Notes: generated by a model not told the origin, from the sequence alone. DNA of 64,000 nt from an uncultured Candidatus Peribacteria bacterium (GCA_964521495.1 CAZFTF010000004.1:15889-79888), one strand, 5' to 3'; positions 22,503 to 34,541 are shown, numbered from the stretch's first letter. Program-made: numbers and translations.

Positions 22503-23252
22503 ATGGATATTACCACCACACTCAGACAGCTCGGATTCTCAGAAAGTGAATCTCTCGTCTATCTCTCACTTCTCCAGTCAGGAGGAGATTATGTTTCAAC
22601 TCTAGCTAAAAGAACAAAACAAGGGCGAGTTGGGCTTTATTACACCCTCGATACTCTGATGCAAAAGAAATTAGTTACTGTCGCAAAACGACATGGAGCC
22701 AAGTTTTTTATTCCAGAAAAACCTGAGAGAATCGTCAATATAGAACGAGAAAAGCTTAATCTCTCGGAGATGATTCTCCCATCGCTCAAAACGCTCGTTC
22801 ATGCGGAGGCATTTCGCCCTGCCTTTACGCTTATCGATGATGAAAAGGACATCGACGAATTTCTTCATGAGCTCTCTCATTCAGAAGAAGTGCTTTCGTA
22901 TGCAAATATGAGCGTCTGGTATATGAGCAATAAGGAAAAACTTTTGAAATTTCTCGAAAGAATCCTCAAACATACCAAAAAGACTCAGCTTATCCTGCCA
23001 TACCATGAAGAGACACAGACACTCTTTCGAGATCTCGCAAAAAAATATTCTCATCTCTCACTCGTCACTATCGAGGAGGGGCAGTTTCCATTTCGCTATG
23101 ATATCTTTATTACTGAAAATGTTGTGGGACTTTTCTTCTTCGAAGATGGCGAATTTCGTGCGATTCGTATCGCGAGTCGCGAATACGCTGATTCTCAACG
23201 AGCAATATTCTATCTTGCCTGGTTGGGGGCTACGGGGTTTGTGACGAGCTAA
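22503..23252 (+). CDS. TrmB family transcriptional regulator
   Basis: Intact 249-aa ORF. The N-terminal winged-helix LRQLGFSESESLVYLSLLQSGGDYVSTLAKRTKQGRVGLYYTLDTLMQKKLV is typical of TrmB-type regulators. Confidence 0.7.
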   Translation: MDITTTLRQLGFSESESLVYLSLLQSGGDYVSTLAKRTKQGRVGLYYTLDTLMQKKLVTVAKRHGAKFFIPEKPERIVNIEREKLNLSEMILPSLKTLVHAEAFRPAFTLIDDEKDIDEFLHELSHSEEVLSYANMSVWYMSNKEKLLKFLERILKHTKKTQLILPYHEETQTLFRDLAKKYSHLSLVTIEEGQFPFRYDIFITENVVGLFFFEDGEFRAIRIASREYADSQRAIFYLAWLGATGFVTS

Positions 23253-23378
23253 GGAAACGCGGAAAAATTTCGTATCTCTGCGTCACTGCAATTTTTCTCC
23301 TCAATCGCTTACGTATTAGTAAGCTCAATCGTCGAAAATCTGATTCCTTGATCTACTCGTTTTTGCTCGTTTCTTTAT

Positions 23379-24677
23379 CTACGCAGCTCGCACCACGGGA
23401 AACCTTCTACAAAAGGTTCGCACTTCTTCCCGAAGAGACTTCAATACCTCTTCATTATCAGCATTTTTGAGTGCTCTGTCGATAAAATCTCCGATTTGCT
23501 CCGCATCTGCTTCACGGATACCTCGAGTCGTCATCGCAGGGAGGCCGAGACGGAGTCCTGATGGTCGAAATGGAGGATTTGGATCGTCAGGAATGGTAGA
23601 TTTGGAGGTTGATATACCGATTGCATCGAGCGTGAGTTCTGATTTTTTGCCATCCATATCTGTACCTGAGAAATCCATCACAATAATATTGTTATCTGTA
23701 CCGCCAGTGATGAGTTTATAGCCACGAGAGACGAGTGTCTCAGCAAGGGCATGATTATTTCGGAGGACTCGTGCGCCATATTCTCGGAATTCATCAGTAT
23801 CTGCTTCATGGAGAGCTACAGCGATAGCAGCGACTTGATTCATATGTGGTCCACCCTGGACACCAGGAAAGACAGAGCGATCAATACGTGTTGGGATATT
23901 TTCAATAGTCGGTTCTGGGGCCTTGAGAGGATTGCTCACAATACCCTTGCTCAGAATGAGAGCACCACGAGGTCATCGGAGCGTCTTATGCGTCGTGGTC
24001 ATCATAATATGAAATCCATAGTCGAGAGGATTCTTCATTACGCCTGCTGCGATAAGTCCACCAAAGTGGGAAACATCCGCCATCATAATAGCTCAAACTT
24101 CCTTTCCAATAGCGACGAATTTTTCATAATCGAGCTCTCGCGGATGAGCAGAGTATCCTGCGATGATGAGTTTTGGTTTGTGCTCAAGTGCCATTTCTCG
24201 GAGATTATCATAATCCATAAAATGATTATCGGCAGCACTGGTTTTGTATCGGACGAAATTGTAGACTTTGCTCATGAGTGTTACAGGGCTTCCATGTGTA
24301 AGATGTCCTCCATGAGAGAGGTCCATTCAGAGAATCGTATCGCCAGGTTCAAGGACGGCATTGTAAATACAGACATTGGCTGCTGCTCCAGAGAGAGCTT
24401 GGACATTGGCATGGTCAGCATGGAAGAGTTTCTTCGCTCGCTCTATCGCGATGGTTTCCATTTCATCCGTGAATTCCTGTCCACCATAGTAGCGTCGTCC
24501 TGGGAACCCCTCTGCATATTTATTAACAAAAACACTTCCAAGGGCTTCTTGGACAGCAGGGGAGGTGTAGTTCTCGGAAGCAATGAGCTCCATGCCATCA
24601 TTTTCTCGGAGGAATTCACCTTCTATCGTTGCAAAAATAGCAGGGTCTGTGATATTGAGGGGGAGATTTTTGAACAT
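23379..24677 (-). CDS. glyA: Serine hydroxymethyltransferase
   Basis: Track ORFs 23379..23939, 24093..24326 and 24327..24677 share one frame. Motifs: [15 protein letters not shown][TGA][20 protein letters not shown][TGA]PRG. Confidence 0.93.
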
Positions 24678-24781
24678 AGATGAGGATTAACAGATAAAGA
24701 TAGGGGAATTGTATACAATTTTCCTAAAATGCGATATTTTTTTGTTGGTTGATTTTATAGGCTTTCAGATACAATGGAGGT

Positions 24782-25252
24782 ATGGTAAGAAATAATAATA
24801 TTCCGGAGAATTGAATTCCAGAACCCCCTGCTCCAAAAGAAGAAGGGGGTGTTTTGGGTTCTCAAAGGATCGAAAATGAAAATATCCTTAGAAATAAAGC
24901 AGAAGTTAGAGAGAGTTCTGCTGCCTCTTTGGATGCATTAAAATCAAAAATTGATCACCAAAAAGACTCTCTCGATACACTTTTTGCCCCAAAAACAAAT
25001 CACGATACCCCTATTAAGACTAGTAACTGAAAGAGAGAGAGGATGGCTTCGTCATTTACCCCAATACTTACTCGTCGACCAGGAGATGTATGAAAAGGGC
25101 CAATTCATGCTGTTTTTGATTCAGCGATTGTTTTTTGATGACTTATTTTGGATGTATGAAAGGATGCGGTAGCAATTATGCTTCATCCTATTGATACAAC
25201 CAAAGGTACCATTGTCTCCCTCGAAGAAGAGAGTACTGCTAAAATCATTTAA
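24782..25252 (+). CDS. Hypothetical protein
   Basis: ATG 24782 to TAA 25250-25252, 156 aa, 6 in-frame TGA. I checked it codon by codon. No family was recognised. Confidence 0.45.
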
Positions 25253-25255
25253 AAC

Positions 25256-26107
25256 ATGCTCTGTTCTGTTATTCCCTATACTCGTTCGATAGATGATCGT
25301 CTCGTGACCTACCATCTTCCAGATGAATTTCGTCCATTTGTAAAAATAGGAAGTAGCGTCAAGGTCCCCTGGGGGAAAGAAACTATTATTGGCATTGTAG
25401 CGAATATGGCAGCAGAGATTCCATACGAAGGGGTTCTGAAATCAGTTGAAGGTCCCCACTGTAGTGTGCCTCTTCTATCCGCGAGTGAGATAGCCCTGAT
25501 AGTTCAACTATCGAGATATATGTTTGTCAGAATCCATACTATTGCACAGCTATTTTTGCCCCTCGGTATATTTGATGCTCTTGAAGAAAAAAACTTCCTT
25601 GAGCTCATACCGCCGTGCAATATTACTACTCAAGGGGCTATTGCAGATTTTATCGTAGCTCCTGATCCTGAAACAATTATCATGCACCTCAAAGAGGTCC
25701 TCAAAATAAATCCATGAGCCGTTATTGTGCCTGATGGTATTTCAGTTCAGTGGTGGTATGAACAGTGTGGCATAGAGGGTGCCATTGTAGATATAAACCC
25801 CAAATCACTTACTCGGCAAAAGAAAATTTATCTTGATATGTTGTCTGGAATACATAAAAATCTCTTTGGCACACGTCGTACCCTTTTGAAACGAGTGAGT
25901 CATTTTAAGGATATATATATTATTCAAGAGAATCTTTCTAGAAATATACTTTTTTGACTCAAAAAAATACCGCTCCGTATTATGCTTGAGAAACTTGCCG
26001 AACATGGACATATTATTCATTATATTACTACAACTCCAAGCATTCGTACGCTGACCCACTTTCTTCAGGAGAAAAAATCAATACAATATCTGGAATCAAG
26101 TAAATAG
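25256..26107 (+). CDS. PriA-like protein, truncated and lacking helicase motifs
   Basis: Track ORFs 25256..25717 and 25727..25957 share one frame and run to TAG 26105-26107. The N-terminus (VTYHLPDEFRPFVKIGSSVKVPWGKETIIGIV) matches the PriA 3-prime-DNA-binding domain. The rest follows the PriA lobe-1 layout, but there is no GxGKT and DEEH is replaced by IQENL. Total 283 aa. Confidence 0.5.
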
Positions 26108-26215
26108 ATAAAAAGAGAGATAGAGCAAAAGCTAGAGCTATAGAAAGGAATCGTTGGTTCATATAACCTATTAAACTCAGTAAACCCAGTAAACATAATA
26201 AACCTATCAGCTTTT

Positions 26216-28582
26216 ATGCACCCCCGTATACGTACTATTGCAAATTTTATCGATAACCTCTCTCCTGTGGGGCGCATGGTGTTAGTTTTGTGAGGCATGG
26301 CTCTATTCGTGGTGGGGATTATTTTTACCCTCGGAAGATATACTATTATTGATCATGATTTTTATTCAGCACTTGCAGATAAGCAGCAGATTAGAAATAC
26401 GGAACTGGCTGTAAACCGTGGAACTATTTTTGGGACACTTGACCCAAGACGGACGTGATATGACCGAGAGATTAATACTATTGTTGCTACTACACTGATA
26501 GCCAAGGATCTCAAAATAGATCCATCAGCTCTCTGTAATCTTGATATGCTGGAGACTTTTCTTCTTGATATTACTTATCGTCATCTCTGCGAGAATCGTT
26601 CTCAGGTAAGTTGTATTGATAATATTATGAAGTATACCAATACCTATACGATGCCGCCAGATTTTATTTTTTCCAAAGAATCCATTCTCTCTTTTATTGC
26701 ACCTGTTGTCCGAGAGCAATCTCATAGAATGTATAAAACTCGTATTTCCTTGGCATCATGAGTTTCAGTTCAAGATCTTGATAAGCTTTTGGCACTTCAA
26801 AATCCGGGCATAGTGGTTATTGCTGACGGGGTATTTATTGACCCTACTCGATTTGATAAATCTCGTGGAGTCGCAGAAATACTCGATATTCTCCGTATAG
26901 ACCCCGTTTTGCTTGATGAAGCCCTTAAGCCCCGTCAAAATAGAAATGTAGATATTATTGAGCGCATGGAGCCGGAACTCTCTTATCTTGTCTCTGCCAG
27001 GATATCAACAGATACCGCACTTTTCAAACAACAAACCCTTATCACACAAGCTGAACAAGAAAAATTTCTCACAGAAAATACTATTTATAAATGTCTCAAA
27101 CTCACGGATAATCCAGTGAGACAATATCCTGCAGGTCCATCGATGGCACAAGTAACGTGATTTGTGGACAGAGATGGTATTGGAAGATTGGGAATTGAAT
27201 GATATTTCCAAGATTTGCTTGCAGGTAAAACTGGGAAAAAAGAAGAACGAAGAGATAGTTTAGGGCGTCCTATTTTTGATGAAGAAGAGGAACAAGAAGT
27301 AAAATGAGTAGATCTCTATCTTACTATTGATCCAAATATTCAGAATGCTGTTATGGATGCGCTCAAAGAGTGGATTCGGACCACAGGAGCGAATACGGCT
27401 GCAGCTATTGTAATGGATCCAAAGACTTGAGCTATTCGTGCTGTCGGGAGTTATCCTTCCTTTGATCCTGAAAGACCGGGGAATGTCGACACCATCATAC
27501 CGTATATTCCTTCTGAACATCCTGATCCAGTTTTTCCACTTCTATGAAAAGTACTTTTTGTAGAGTCTCTCACATGAAATGTGAAAAAGATTTATCAGAA
27601 TAAATTTGTAACATTGCAAGAGATTTCCAAAGAAGATGAGATGCGCACGGCACTTGCGAATCCAGATTGAAAATTTTATATTTATGAAAATCAGGTGGGT
27701 CTATTGGCTCATCAAAATATTGCAATCACATCTCCGTATGAGCCGGGGAGTATATTTAAATGAATCACCGCAGCTGTTGGTCTAGATACAGGAGAAATAG
27801 AACCTGATATGATGTATCAGGATGCTGGATCAGTCAAGATTGATGAATTCGAAATCAAAAATCTCGTTAATGCAGCTTGTCAATGATATCATAGTTTCAG
27901 AAACGCTATCAACTATAGTTGTAATGTGGGTATGATTAATATTATTCAGCGTGTCGGAAAGCCACTTTTCTATGAATATCTCAAACGGTTTTGATTCCTC
28001 GATATAACATGAATTACTCTCGACTGAGAGCATACAGGAGCACTTGAGCCGTATGAGAAATGGTCTCGCGCCAAACTCTTCACTATGTCATTCTGACAAG
28101 GTATACAGGTTAATCTCGTACAAATGGCCTCTATCTATTCTGCATTTGCCAACGGAGGTATCCTGATGCAACCATATACTGTCCAAAAGAAAGTATACCC
28201 TGATGGGGATACAGTTATTACGGAGCCAATTCCTATTAAGCGAGTTATTGGTGAGACAACATCACAAAAAATCACTGCTATGCTTACAGATTCTACGAAA
28301 CAATGATTTGCGAAAGCGGGTGCTGTGCCTGGATATACATTGGCAGGTAAGACTGGTACTTCCCAGATAGCCAGTAGTAAATGAGGTTTTGAGTTAGGTC
28401 AGAATGGACGTACAAATACATCGTATGCGGGATTTGGCCCATCCAAAGATCCACAGTTTGTTATTATAGTTCGTTTTGACCGTCCACGAAGTACGCAGTT
28501 TGCGGAACAATCTTCTGCAAAAACATTTAAGGATATAGCCTCATTCCTCCTCGAGTATTATGGTATCCCACCAGAGCGGTAG
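26216..28582 (+). CDS. Class B penicillin-binding protein (PBP2/FtsI-type transpeptidase)
   Basis: ATG 26216 to TAG 28580-28582. Track ORFs 26789..27160 and 28124..28306 are in frame, and there are 18 in-frame TGA. It has an N-terminal TM plus SIFK (SxxK, 27749-27760), SCN (SxN) and KTGT motifs. Confidence 0.85.
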
Positions 28583-28664
28583 AAAATTTACGTGTGTAAG
28601 TGCTTGGGTGCTTAAGTTTTTTCAGTTTAATTGGTTCTCTTTCTTCTGTTCTATCTCTATCTTT

Positions 28665-29891
28665 TTATAGGTAGAGCAATTCAGTCAGTGTTTGAGTTGG
28701 TTTTTCTCGTGGTGAAATTTCACCAGCAATAAGCTTTTCGTAGGTATCTTTCTGGTAAGCACACTCTGTTTCTATACATTTTCTCGCTTGAGGTCCGTAA
28801 GAAGACTCAGCAGAGAGCATAAGGTGGTCTGCCCCAGTACGCATGGATATTTGCATATCACCGATTTCACTTGGTTGTACGCATCCTTCGGGTGTCATCA
28901 TACTCTCGAGGAACCCCGTTGCACAAATCGATTCGACATCATATTTCTTGCATGCTTCAAAGAAATATACTTGGATATCATGCATATTTTTGATTGCTCT
29001 CAGGTCCATCTCTACTCGGAGATCTCCTCGGCCAAACATGGCAAGCTTGATATTGCCTGTCGTGAGTATCTCGTGAACATTATTGACAGCAAATGGTGTT
29101 TCAAATTTTGCTCAGAGGTTTCCTGTATATCAATATTCATTACGGACGATGTTCACAAAATCTGCGATATGTTTTGGATTCAAAAAATAGGAAACCATGA
29201 TATTATCAACAAAATCAAATCAAACAATATCACGCGCAAAATGCAGGCTCTTATGGTCGTGTTCTGTGACACAGTCGATGCCAAGAGGTTTATTGCGGAC
29301 ACAGATTCCTTTCTTTCCTTTGAGAGCGTAAGATTCTTTGCCTCCCCCTATCTCTGTACATTCGATAACTTTGTACATATCGTGAATCTCACGAACAGTG
29401 GCTGTCATTTTCCCATCGTCAAAAACAGCGAAGTCACCTATCTCCATAACATTAACAATCTCTGGAAAACACACCTTCAAATGATTTTCTGTACAGAGAT
29501 GATTCTCGTCTTTTTCACTTGCGTAGGAAATCCCAAATTTTCTTCCTAATTTCACCACCATTTTATCGTGAAGTTCCGGAATAAATTCGTTGATACGAGG
29601 TTTTGGTCACTGGAGATCGATGAGTATCTGACAGTATGGATAAATCTCTTTGAGATACTCCGCGAGAGCATGCTTGTTTCATTCTTTTCCAAGATGAGAA
29701 CAATTCACACGATAAATACCTATCTTATCGAGGATAGTTGGATCTTCTTTTACGGCGGCTACGAGCGTTGGACCATGAGTGGCGACTATAGAGTTTTGAG
29801 GAATTTGTTTTTTCTGGTCCTTTTTGAGAAGAGCAGAAGTTTTTTTGAGAAGAGCAGTAGTCTCTTGATAGAGAAGCGTTTGTTGGGGCAT
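28665..29891 (-). CDS. pyk: Pyruvate kinase (short, 408 aa)
   Basis: Track ORFs 28665..29039, 29220..29561 and 29679..29891 share one frame. Motifs: IVATHGPT, RVNCSHLGKEG, IDLQGPKPRI, MFGRGDLRVEM, ATGFLESM, GADHLMLSAESSYG. Confidence 0.75.
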
Positions 29892-29948
29892 AAAAAAACT
29901 AGGAATTGCCCCCAGTATAGAAAAACTTTTTAAATCGCAATAAAAAAT

Positions 29949-30653
29949 CTAGTAGATTGCTCGCAGAGTTGAGAGATTGAAAGCATAATCTGTTCGCTTT
30001 GAGCCGAGGAGTCCAAGATGGCATCGATGTCCTCCAAGTGTTGTGTCGGCTACCATCAGACTACAGGATTCGAGTTCTGGTAAGATATTTTCTTCTCAGA
30101 TACAAATGGTGATATGATTTGGTTGAGCGAGATTGGTAAGTGTACGTGTGAAAAGAGTGCGATTTTCGAGTACATCAAGAACGGAAAATATCTGGTCCCC
30201 AAGGGTCTCACTATGTTTTTTGAGAAAATGGGAAATGCCAGACATGCAATACACTCATGCTTCAGGAGAACTAATAAAAGCGAGATCACCCGTAGCATTA
30301 GAAAAATCTGAAATCATATCATAGAGCCTATCATCATGGAATTCAAAAAAAACATTTTTTGTCTCTATCACAGGTCCAATATATTTTTGTGGTGCAATCT
30401 CGATGAGATAATCGACATACATTCTGATGCCTCGTGTCGTAGGGAGTCGCCCAGCAGAATTATATGGTTGATAGATAAGCCCCATTTCTTCGAGTTGTTT
30501 CATGTCATTTCTTACCGTTGCTGCTGAAATAGGCATTTGTTCATCTCGAACGAGTGACTTACTTCCTGTCGAGTCACCACTTCGAATATATTCTCGGACA
30601 ATGAGTCAGAGAATCTGTATTTTGCGGGCATCGATGGAGGATTTGCGACTCAT
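29949..30653 (-). CDS. hrcA: Heat-inducible transcription repressor HrcA (short form)
   Basis: ATG 30651-30653 to TAG 29949-29951. ISAATVRNDMKQLEEMGLIYQPYNSAGRLPTTRGIRMYVDYL is the HrcA winged-helix signature. Length is 234 aa, versus about 340 typical. Confidence 0.75.
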
Positions 30654-30671
30654 ATACTGGATTTGAACATA

Positions 30672-30989
30672 TTATAGTTTTTCTCTTACTATATACAAGT
30701 AATCTAGAAAAATATGGAGAAGTAAGCCAATCCCCAAAAACATGAGAGGATGTATCCACAGCATTGCACCAGCTCAAAATAGAACCAGTACATAATGTTT
30801 GTGGAATATATGTGTTTTAAAAGGATTACGACGGGGATGATATATCGGAGACGCCAAGAGGTGATCGAGGTCAATCAGGTTGGAGAGTATCATCAATCAC
30901 AGATCGACAAATGTTACTGGCAAATTTGTTCCATACACGAATATAAGATAGACAAGAATATTTGATACTATGTGCGTCGGTGTGGTCAT
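30672..30989 (-). CDS. Small membrane protein (DUF6122-like, from memory of that family)
   Basis: ATG 30987-30989 to TAA 30672-30674, 105 aa. NLIDLDHLLASPIYHPRRNPFKTHIFH...GIGLLLHIFLDYL resembles the IDLDHLLA..P..R...H motif of a small membrane-protein family. Confidence 0.5.
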
Positions 30990-31253
30990 GAGGATGATGT
31001 GTATTCTTGTAAAATCTTCCCCAAGGTTTTGATCGGAAATTTTCCAATGAGATCAAATGAATAAGAGGGAATGCCCCCTATCCTCGAAGTGCTGTGCCTT
31101 CTCGCAGTAAAGCAATCAAGCGGCTCCTCAATTAGAAAATAGTTATAAGGAAAAAAAACCGTCAGATGCACCATTGGGGAGGACAAGGAAATTGTAGTGA
31201 TTTTAGGAGAAGAAGCAATCTAATCTGCTGGTAATACATTTCCGATGGTCTAG

Positions 31254-32276
31254 TTATTTACGCATAAATATTTTCTCGAGTTTTCATATTCTCTTATTCG
31301 AAGGATGTCGATAGGCCGTATGGAGCAATATTCTTCAAGGTAGGGATAATTTACTCATTTCGAAATTAGATACAGATAGCATGCCTTGACGATATGACAT
31401 GAGCTGATCCTTGATCCATAATATTACGGATTTTGGATATTCATCGTGATTTTGATAAAAAATTATGGAAGGTTTTTTTGGGTCAATTGGACGTACTATT
31501 TTGGCATCTCTCACTTTTTGTAGATCAGAAATAGTGATTCAATATTTTCGCATATCCTCCACTGATATATTTACTATTCCGGACCAAAGATCGTCCGGCA
31601 GGTCACTGAGAGTGTACTCTCTTCTGCAGGCTATACCAACTTTAGTCATGAGTGCCTCAACTTCTGGTCATTTGATATTAAGAAGAGCTCTGAGAATCAA
31701 TCCAGTTCATTCTACATCGAGTGATGTGAAGTGCTCCTCAAGATTTTCTTCTGTTTCGGGTTTTATATCTCATGAATTATGAAAATTCTGTATTCTCTGG
31801 GCGTCGAATAAGAGAGAGTCAATTATTATCTTAATTCATGCAATAATCTGATCTGAATTTGGGGTTCGATTGGATAGTTCAATTGCTTCCTTGAAGAGTA
31901 TAGTTTCGGGTGACTTACTATCTAGAGCTCAATCCCTTATGTATGCATCCAAAGATTGTCGACACTCCATCACATATGATCATCTATCGAAACCTGGTCA
32001 TGTCATATCTGAAAAATCTCCATCAGTAACATCGTCCAAGATTCTACATGCTGCATAGATAAGTGGGAGGATTTTGTGTGAACCACTCACTGTACTTGGA
32101 TGTCTGAAAATAAAAGGCAAGAGATATCTCATACCAAAGATATATGGTCAGTACTTCTTGGGATTTCTGCGTTTAAGTCATCGGAAATAACAGTTCATTA
32201 TTTCATAAGGATTTTGCTGTCATTTGAGGCTTTCGTATTGGAAATTACTTTGGCTAGTTGACTCAATAGATATCAT
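31254..32276 (-). CDS. Squalene/phytoene synthase family protein
   Basis: ATG 32274-32276 to TAA 31254-31256, 340 aa, many in-frame TGA. I checked it codon by codon. First Asp-rich motif: LIYAACRILDDVTDGD. Second region: TLSDLPDDLWSGIVNISVEDMRKYGIT. Confidence 0.6.
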
Positions 32277-32386
32277 ATTTAATGTACTGTATAATTTTCT
32301 GTAAAAAGTCAATACTATTCTCAATAGCCCTAGATAACTATAGCGGCGGTGATGCAAGTCAAGGATTACCACTCAATTCTCGGTAG

Positions 32387-33415
32387 TCACTGTGTAGCAA
32401 TTCCGGTATGATTTGGTTGGGTAGTGATGATAGTGTTTGTCTTTGCGAAGATCTTAAGGAGTGCCCTGATATGTGCTTCATCAAGCTCGGAGAGGACATC
32501 ATCGAGGAGGAAGAATGGGATTTTCCCAGAGATGCTCTGGATATACATGCCTACTTTTTTGATAAATGAGAGAAGAAGGGTTTTGTTTTCTCCTCGTGAA
32601 AGAGTATATCTCGCTGGCTTCCATTCATCCTGAATGAAGACACTAAATTCTATATCATCCAGTTGTGGTCCAACCGTTGTTTTCCCGACAACCACATCTC
32701 TATCTTCATATTCTTTGAGAAGATTTAAAAATGATTCTACAGTGATTTCTTGCAGAGGATGACGTTCGATAAGTGAGACCCGTGTTGGACCAGGAAGATG
32801 AAGTGATTCATCCGTGAGATTGGAGATCCAATCAAACATTTTTCGTCTTTGAATGATGAGAGGTACGGCATTTTGAGCGAGGAGAGTATTCCAAGAGGTG
32901 AGCTCTCTTCTATGCAGGATACCTTCTTGTATGTCTTGAATAACTTTATTCCTCTGTGAAATAGCAGTGCGATAATTTTTCAAAATATGCCCATACCCCA
33001 TATCTGCTGATGCGAGCATATCATCGAGAAATCCTCTCCTCTCACCTGGTTCACCAGAGATAACGCGGAGATGGTCACTCTGTATCCAGAGGGCACACGA
33101 GGGGAGTGAGGCATTGTATTTTGGACGGGTTGTACTCTGATCTCGATAATACCATTTTGGACTTTTTGAAATACCATCATACACCACCGAGTGAGGCTCT
33201 TCGTCTTGTAGTCGTATAGACCAATCTGTCATCCCAAAGGTAGTCTTTTCTGACCAGTTTGTGTGGTGAGGATTTTCCGCATTGAGTGCTATCATCATCG
33301 CTTCACAAAAAGTCGACTTCCCAGCGCCATTTTCCCCAACGAGCATTTGAATACCATCTCATACAGTAAAACTCTTTTCTGAATGATTTTTAAAATGATA
33401 AAGTGAAATCTGCAC
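32387..33415 (-). CDS. recF: DNA replication and repair protein RecF
   Basis: Track ORF 32387..33346 extends through TGA 33359-33361 to GTG 33413-33415, 10 nt after the dnaN stop. Walker A is GENGAGKST. The C-terminal FFLLDDVLSELD is the Walker B/D-loop. Confidence 0.85.
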
Positions 33416-33425
33416 GGAGGAGATG

Positions 33426-34541
33426 TTATATCTTGAGAGGCATGATAATATGTCTGAATTCCTCTTCTTCGGTATTGTGGTTTGCTCCATGGAGGAGAAT
33501 AGGGGAGAGACTGGTTTCAAATCCGATTCGCACTTCTTCTTGTGGAATGACTTGCAGTGCCTCAATAAAATAGTTTGCATTGAGTCCTACTTGCTCAGTA
33601 CCCTGGACTTCAGCACCGATTTCTATTTCACTATTTCCGATTTCTGTATCTCCACTTTCCAGTTGTATCATTCCAGACTTATCGAGGGTCATTTTGACAT
33701 TAAAATTATTCTCACGAGCAATCAGACTCACTTGTCTCAGACCTCGGATGAGCTTCTCTCTGTCTACGAGAGCATGGATACTGGTATTTTTTGGGAAGAA
33801 ATTTGCATAGTCTGGGAAGTGTCCATTGAGGAGACGAGAGTAAATCTTGATATTCTCATAGACGACGAGTATTTGATTATCAGCAAAGAAAATATCAATA
33901 TGTGTGTCATCAGGGAGTGTCTTCGCTATTTCGTTGGCACTTCGAGTTGGGAGAATAATGGAAACTTTTTTATCAATAGAAGTTGAGGTAGTGTAGCGAT
34001 ATTCAGACAATCGAAAACTATCTGTGGAAGCAAAAGTGATATATTCAGGGTAGACTTGGATACAGACTCCAGCGAGCGTAGGGCGGATATTACCACTGGC
34101 GCAAGAGAAAAGTGTCTTACTAAAAGCTCGCTTCATAATATCAGACGAAAGCCCACAACGAGTATCTTGACGAACAAGAGGAATCATCGGAAATTCTTCT
34201 GCACTCAATCCTTTGTGTCGAGTCTTATTTTTATGGGCGATAAACTGGAGCGTATTACCAGTATCAGTTTTTATGGTGAGCTGTGTTGGCTCGAGGAGGT
34301 TGAGATATGAGGCGATAAATCGGTGGGAGACCGTGATGTCACCTGGTTCCATCACTTTGAGATCATCGGTAATAGTATACTCGATAGCCATCTCGAGATT
34401 ATTGGCAATCACGACCATTTTTTCATTCGTTACTTTGAGGAGGACATTTTCGAGAATTGGCGTTGTAGGTGAGTTGACGACAGCGTGAGAGACTGTTTTG
34501 ATAGCTTCAAAGAGTCTGTCGGAAGGGAGTTCGATATGCAT
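33426..34541 (-). CDS. dnaN: DNA polymerase III beta sliding clamp
   Basis: Intact 371-aa ORF with no TGA. It shows the typical three-domain beta-clamp pattern (...TDSFRLSEY..., ...NANYFIEAL...). Confidence 0.93.
   Translation of the reverse strand: MHIELPSDRLFEAIKTVSHAVVNSPTTPILENVLLKVTNEKMVVIANNLEMAIEYTITDDLKVMEPGDITVSHRFIASYLNLLEPTQLTIKTDTGNTLQFIAHKNKTRHKGLSAEEFPMIPLVRQDTRCGLSSDIMKRAFSKTLFSCASGNIRPTLAGVCIQVYPEYITFASTDSFRLSEYRYTTSTSIDKKVSIILPTRSANEIAKTLPDDTHIDIFFADNQILVVYENIKIYSRLLNGHFPDYANFFPKNTSIHALVDREKLIRGLRQVSLIARENNFNVKMTLDKSGMIQLESGDTEIGNSEIEIGAEVQGTEQVGLNANYFIEALQVIPQEEVRIGFETSLSPILLHGANHNTEEEEFRHIIMPLKI

Noticed and set aside
23751-24683. A 310-aa plus-strand ORF in the track, the longest unbroken ORF in this part of the window.
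   Set aside because: It is the codon-aligned antisense of glyA, whose translation matches SHMT motif for motif. The product is low-complexity with no recognisable family.
28788-29549. A 253-aa plus-strand ORF.
   Set aside because: It is antisense to the pyruvate kinase gene, with no motifs. Such long antisense ORFs are expected here because stops are rare in that frame.
33423-33986. A 187-aa plus-strand ORF overlapping dnaN.
   Set aside because: It is antisense to an intact, well-conserved beta-clamp gene.
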